Position numbers and translations under genes: made by a program | Source of the DNA: Podarcis filfolensis | Taxonomy: Eukaryota | Reading direction: 5' to 3' (one strand) | Assembly (NCBI GenBank): GCA_964270895.1 | Contig: OZ185440.1 | DNA: 64,000 nt | Shown here: positions 62,985 through 64,000 of the stretch, piece by piece | Layout of the letters: each line of letters begins with the position of its first letter | Numbering within the stretch: position 1 is the stretch's first letter | Notes under the pieces: generated by a model | Database searches by the model: none | Told to the model about the DNA's origin: nothing | Seen by the model: the letters and a program-made list of their open reading frames with translations, nothing else

Positions 62985-63685
62985 GTAACTTGTAGAAAGT
63001 CTCCCCCCTCCACCACCGCCCTTGGCTGAAGGATTCTTGACTTCTGAAATGCAGTATAATAAGTCAGTGCAAAGTATACCCCCCTGAGAAATAACACTGG
63101 GTGGCAGGGTGGTATTTCATTAATTTACTGAGTGAGCGAGACTCCTCATAAAATAAATGCTCTAGGCATTGCACAAATAAAAAATAAATGAAATAAAAAC
63201 TAACAGTAAATCCATACTGCAATAAAGCCACAATAAACTTAAGAGACAACCGGCATAAAAGTCCAGATACACAACCAGCACAATAAAATGCTGTGTGCAG
63301 CACAGAACTAAGGCAACTATCAAATACATACATTAAAAACCGCTAAGCTTTCCCGAGGGAATTAAATCCAGATCTTAAAAGGCTGCTCCATTCTTTCTCT
63401 GTACTGTGGTTCTGCATTTTCTACACATCCATTTTCTCTGGATGTGTAGCTGTGACTGTACACATCCTTATCTGTAAGTCCCATCAACATTTGATTTCTG
63501 AACAAGGGCTTAACTCCCAAGTAAATTTGCACAAGATCAGGCTCAGGAGTCTTCTGCAAGATATTGGAAAACGCACATGCCGCCCCTGTGACTACTGGTT
63601 CCTTAAAAATAACTGAGGGATGGGAGTGATCCTTAAGTTGAAGGGGACTCAACAACAGTAAACTCAACATGCCTCCTCCCAATAG

Positions 63686-63854
63686 ATGCTGTACCAGTCG
63701 GACCCGCACTCAGCTCCTGTTCTGTACACAGCCGCCAAAAATTGGATTGAGATCATGGTTCCAGAAGACTCTACTCATGCAGTGGTGCAAATCAGGACGA
63801 CTGGTCCAGGAGGAGATGGAGTCCCAGCAGAGGTGCGCATCCTGAGAAACAGTG
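63686..63854 (+). CDS. CNTN2: CNTN2 exon 22 (169 nt): [56 protein letters not shown]; GPI-signal exon 23 is outside the window
   Basis: ccaatag| ... agtg|GTGCGT; GPGGDG motif. Confidence 0.95.
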
Positions 63855-64000
63855 GTGCGTCTGCTCTTCTCTTTTCTCCTTATTCTACATTTATCGTGTA
63901 GGCTCAACTTTTCGCCCCAGCAGGCAAGTTAAAAACGGCAGGATCAATTGCCTTTAGTAACGGGCAAGTTTATTCTCCCCTGGCTTTGTTACTTGGTTCT

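Larger units (their letters stand above)
7175..63854 (+). other. CNTN2: Contactin-2 (TAG-1/axonin-1) gene span, 3' end truncated by the window edge
   Basis: 21 GT-AG coding exons join in frame (3001 nt = 1000 codons + 1 nt) into signal peptide, 6 Ig and 4 FN3 domains. Peptides such as [29 protein letters not shown] and GGGGAPGEL are characteristic of CNTN2. The 5' start is approximate. Confidence 0.97.

Noticed and set aside
1-64000. CRISPR arrays, operons, viral or prokaryotic defence systems, intact transposase or RT genes
   Set aside because: The sequence is a spliced vertebrate locus. There is no repeat-spacer array and no long ORF; the only RT-like sequence is a frameshifted L2 fragment.

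Overview
Vertebrate genomic DNA, most likely a lacertid lizard judging by its Sauria/Squam-type SINEs, CR1/L2 remnants and hAT/mariner MITEs. The window holds almost the whole contactin-2 gene (CNTN2, TAG-1/axonin-1) on the + strand. A CpG-rich promoter and probable non-coding exon 1 lie at about 6.7-7.4 kb, followed by a ~24 kb first intron. I assembled 21 coding exons (exons 2-22) by hand from GT-AG boundaries. They join with consistent phases into 3001 nt of open frame encoding a signal peptide, 6 Ig domains and 4 FN3 domains. The last, GPI-signal exon lies beyond the window. Nearly all ORFs in the supplied track are spurious or are single exons with intronic read-through. I found no prokaryote-style or wholly new multi-gene system. 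The best leads are: (1) substitution of the Ig2 FG-loop His/Phe pair linked to homophilic adhesion in axonin-1; (2) an open exon-1 frame encoding a basic + Leu9 signal-like segment that is phase-compatible with exon 3; (3) a junction-spanning uORF; (4) a polyadenylation-signal cluster that could give a GPI-less isoform; (5) a nested MITE/SINE/LINE stratigraphy with distinct target-site signatures. Comparisons with human and chicken sequences are from memory and need confirming by alignment.
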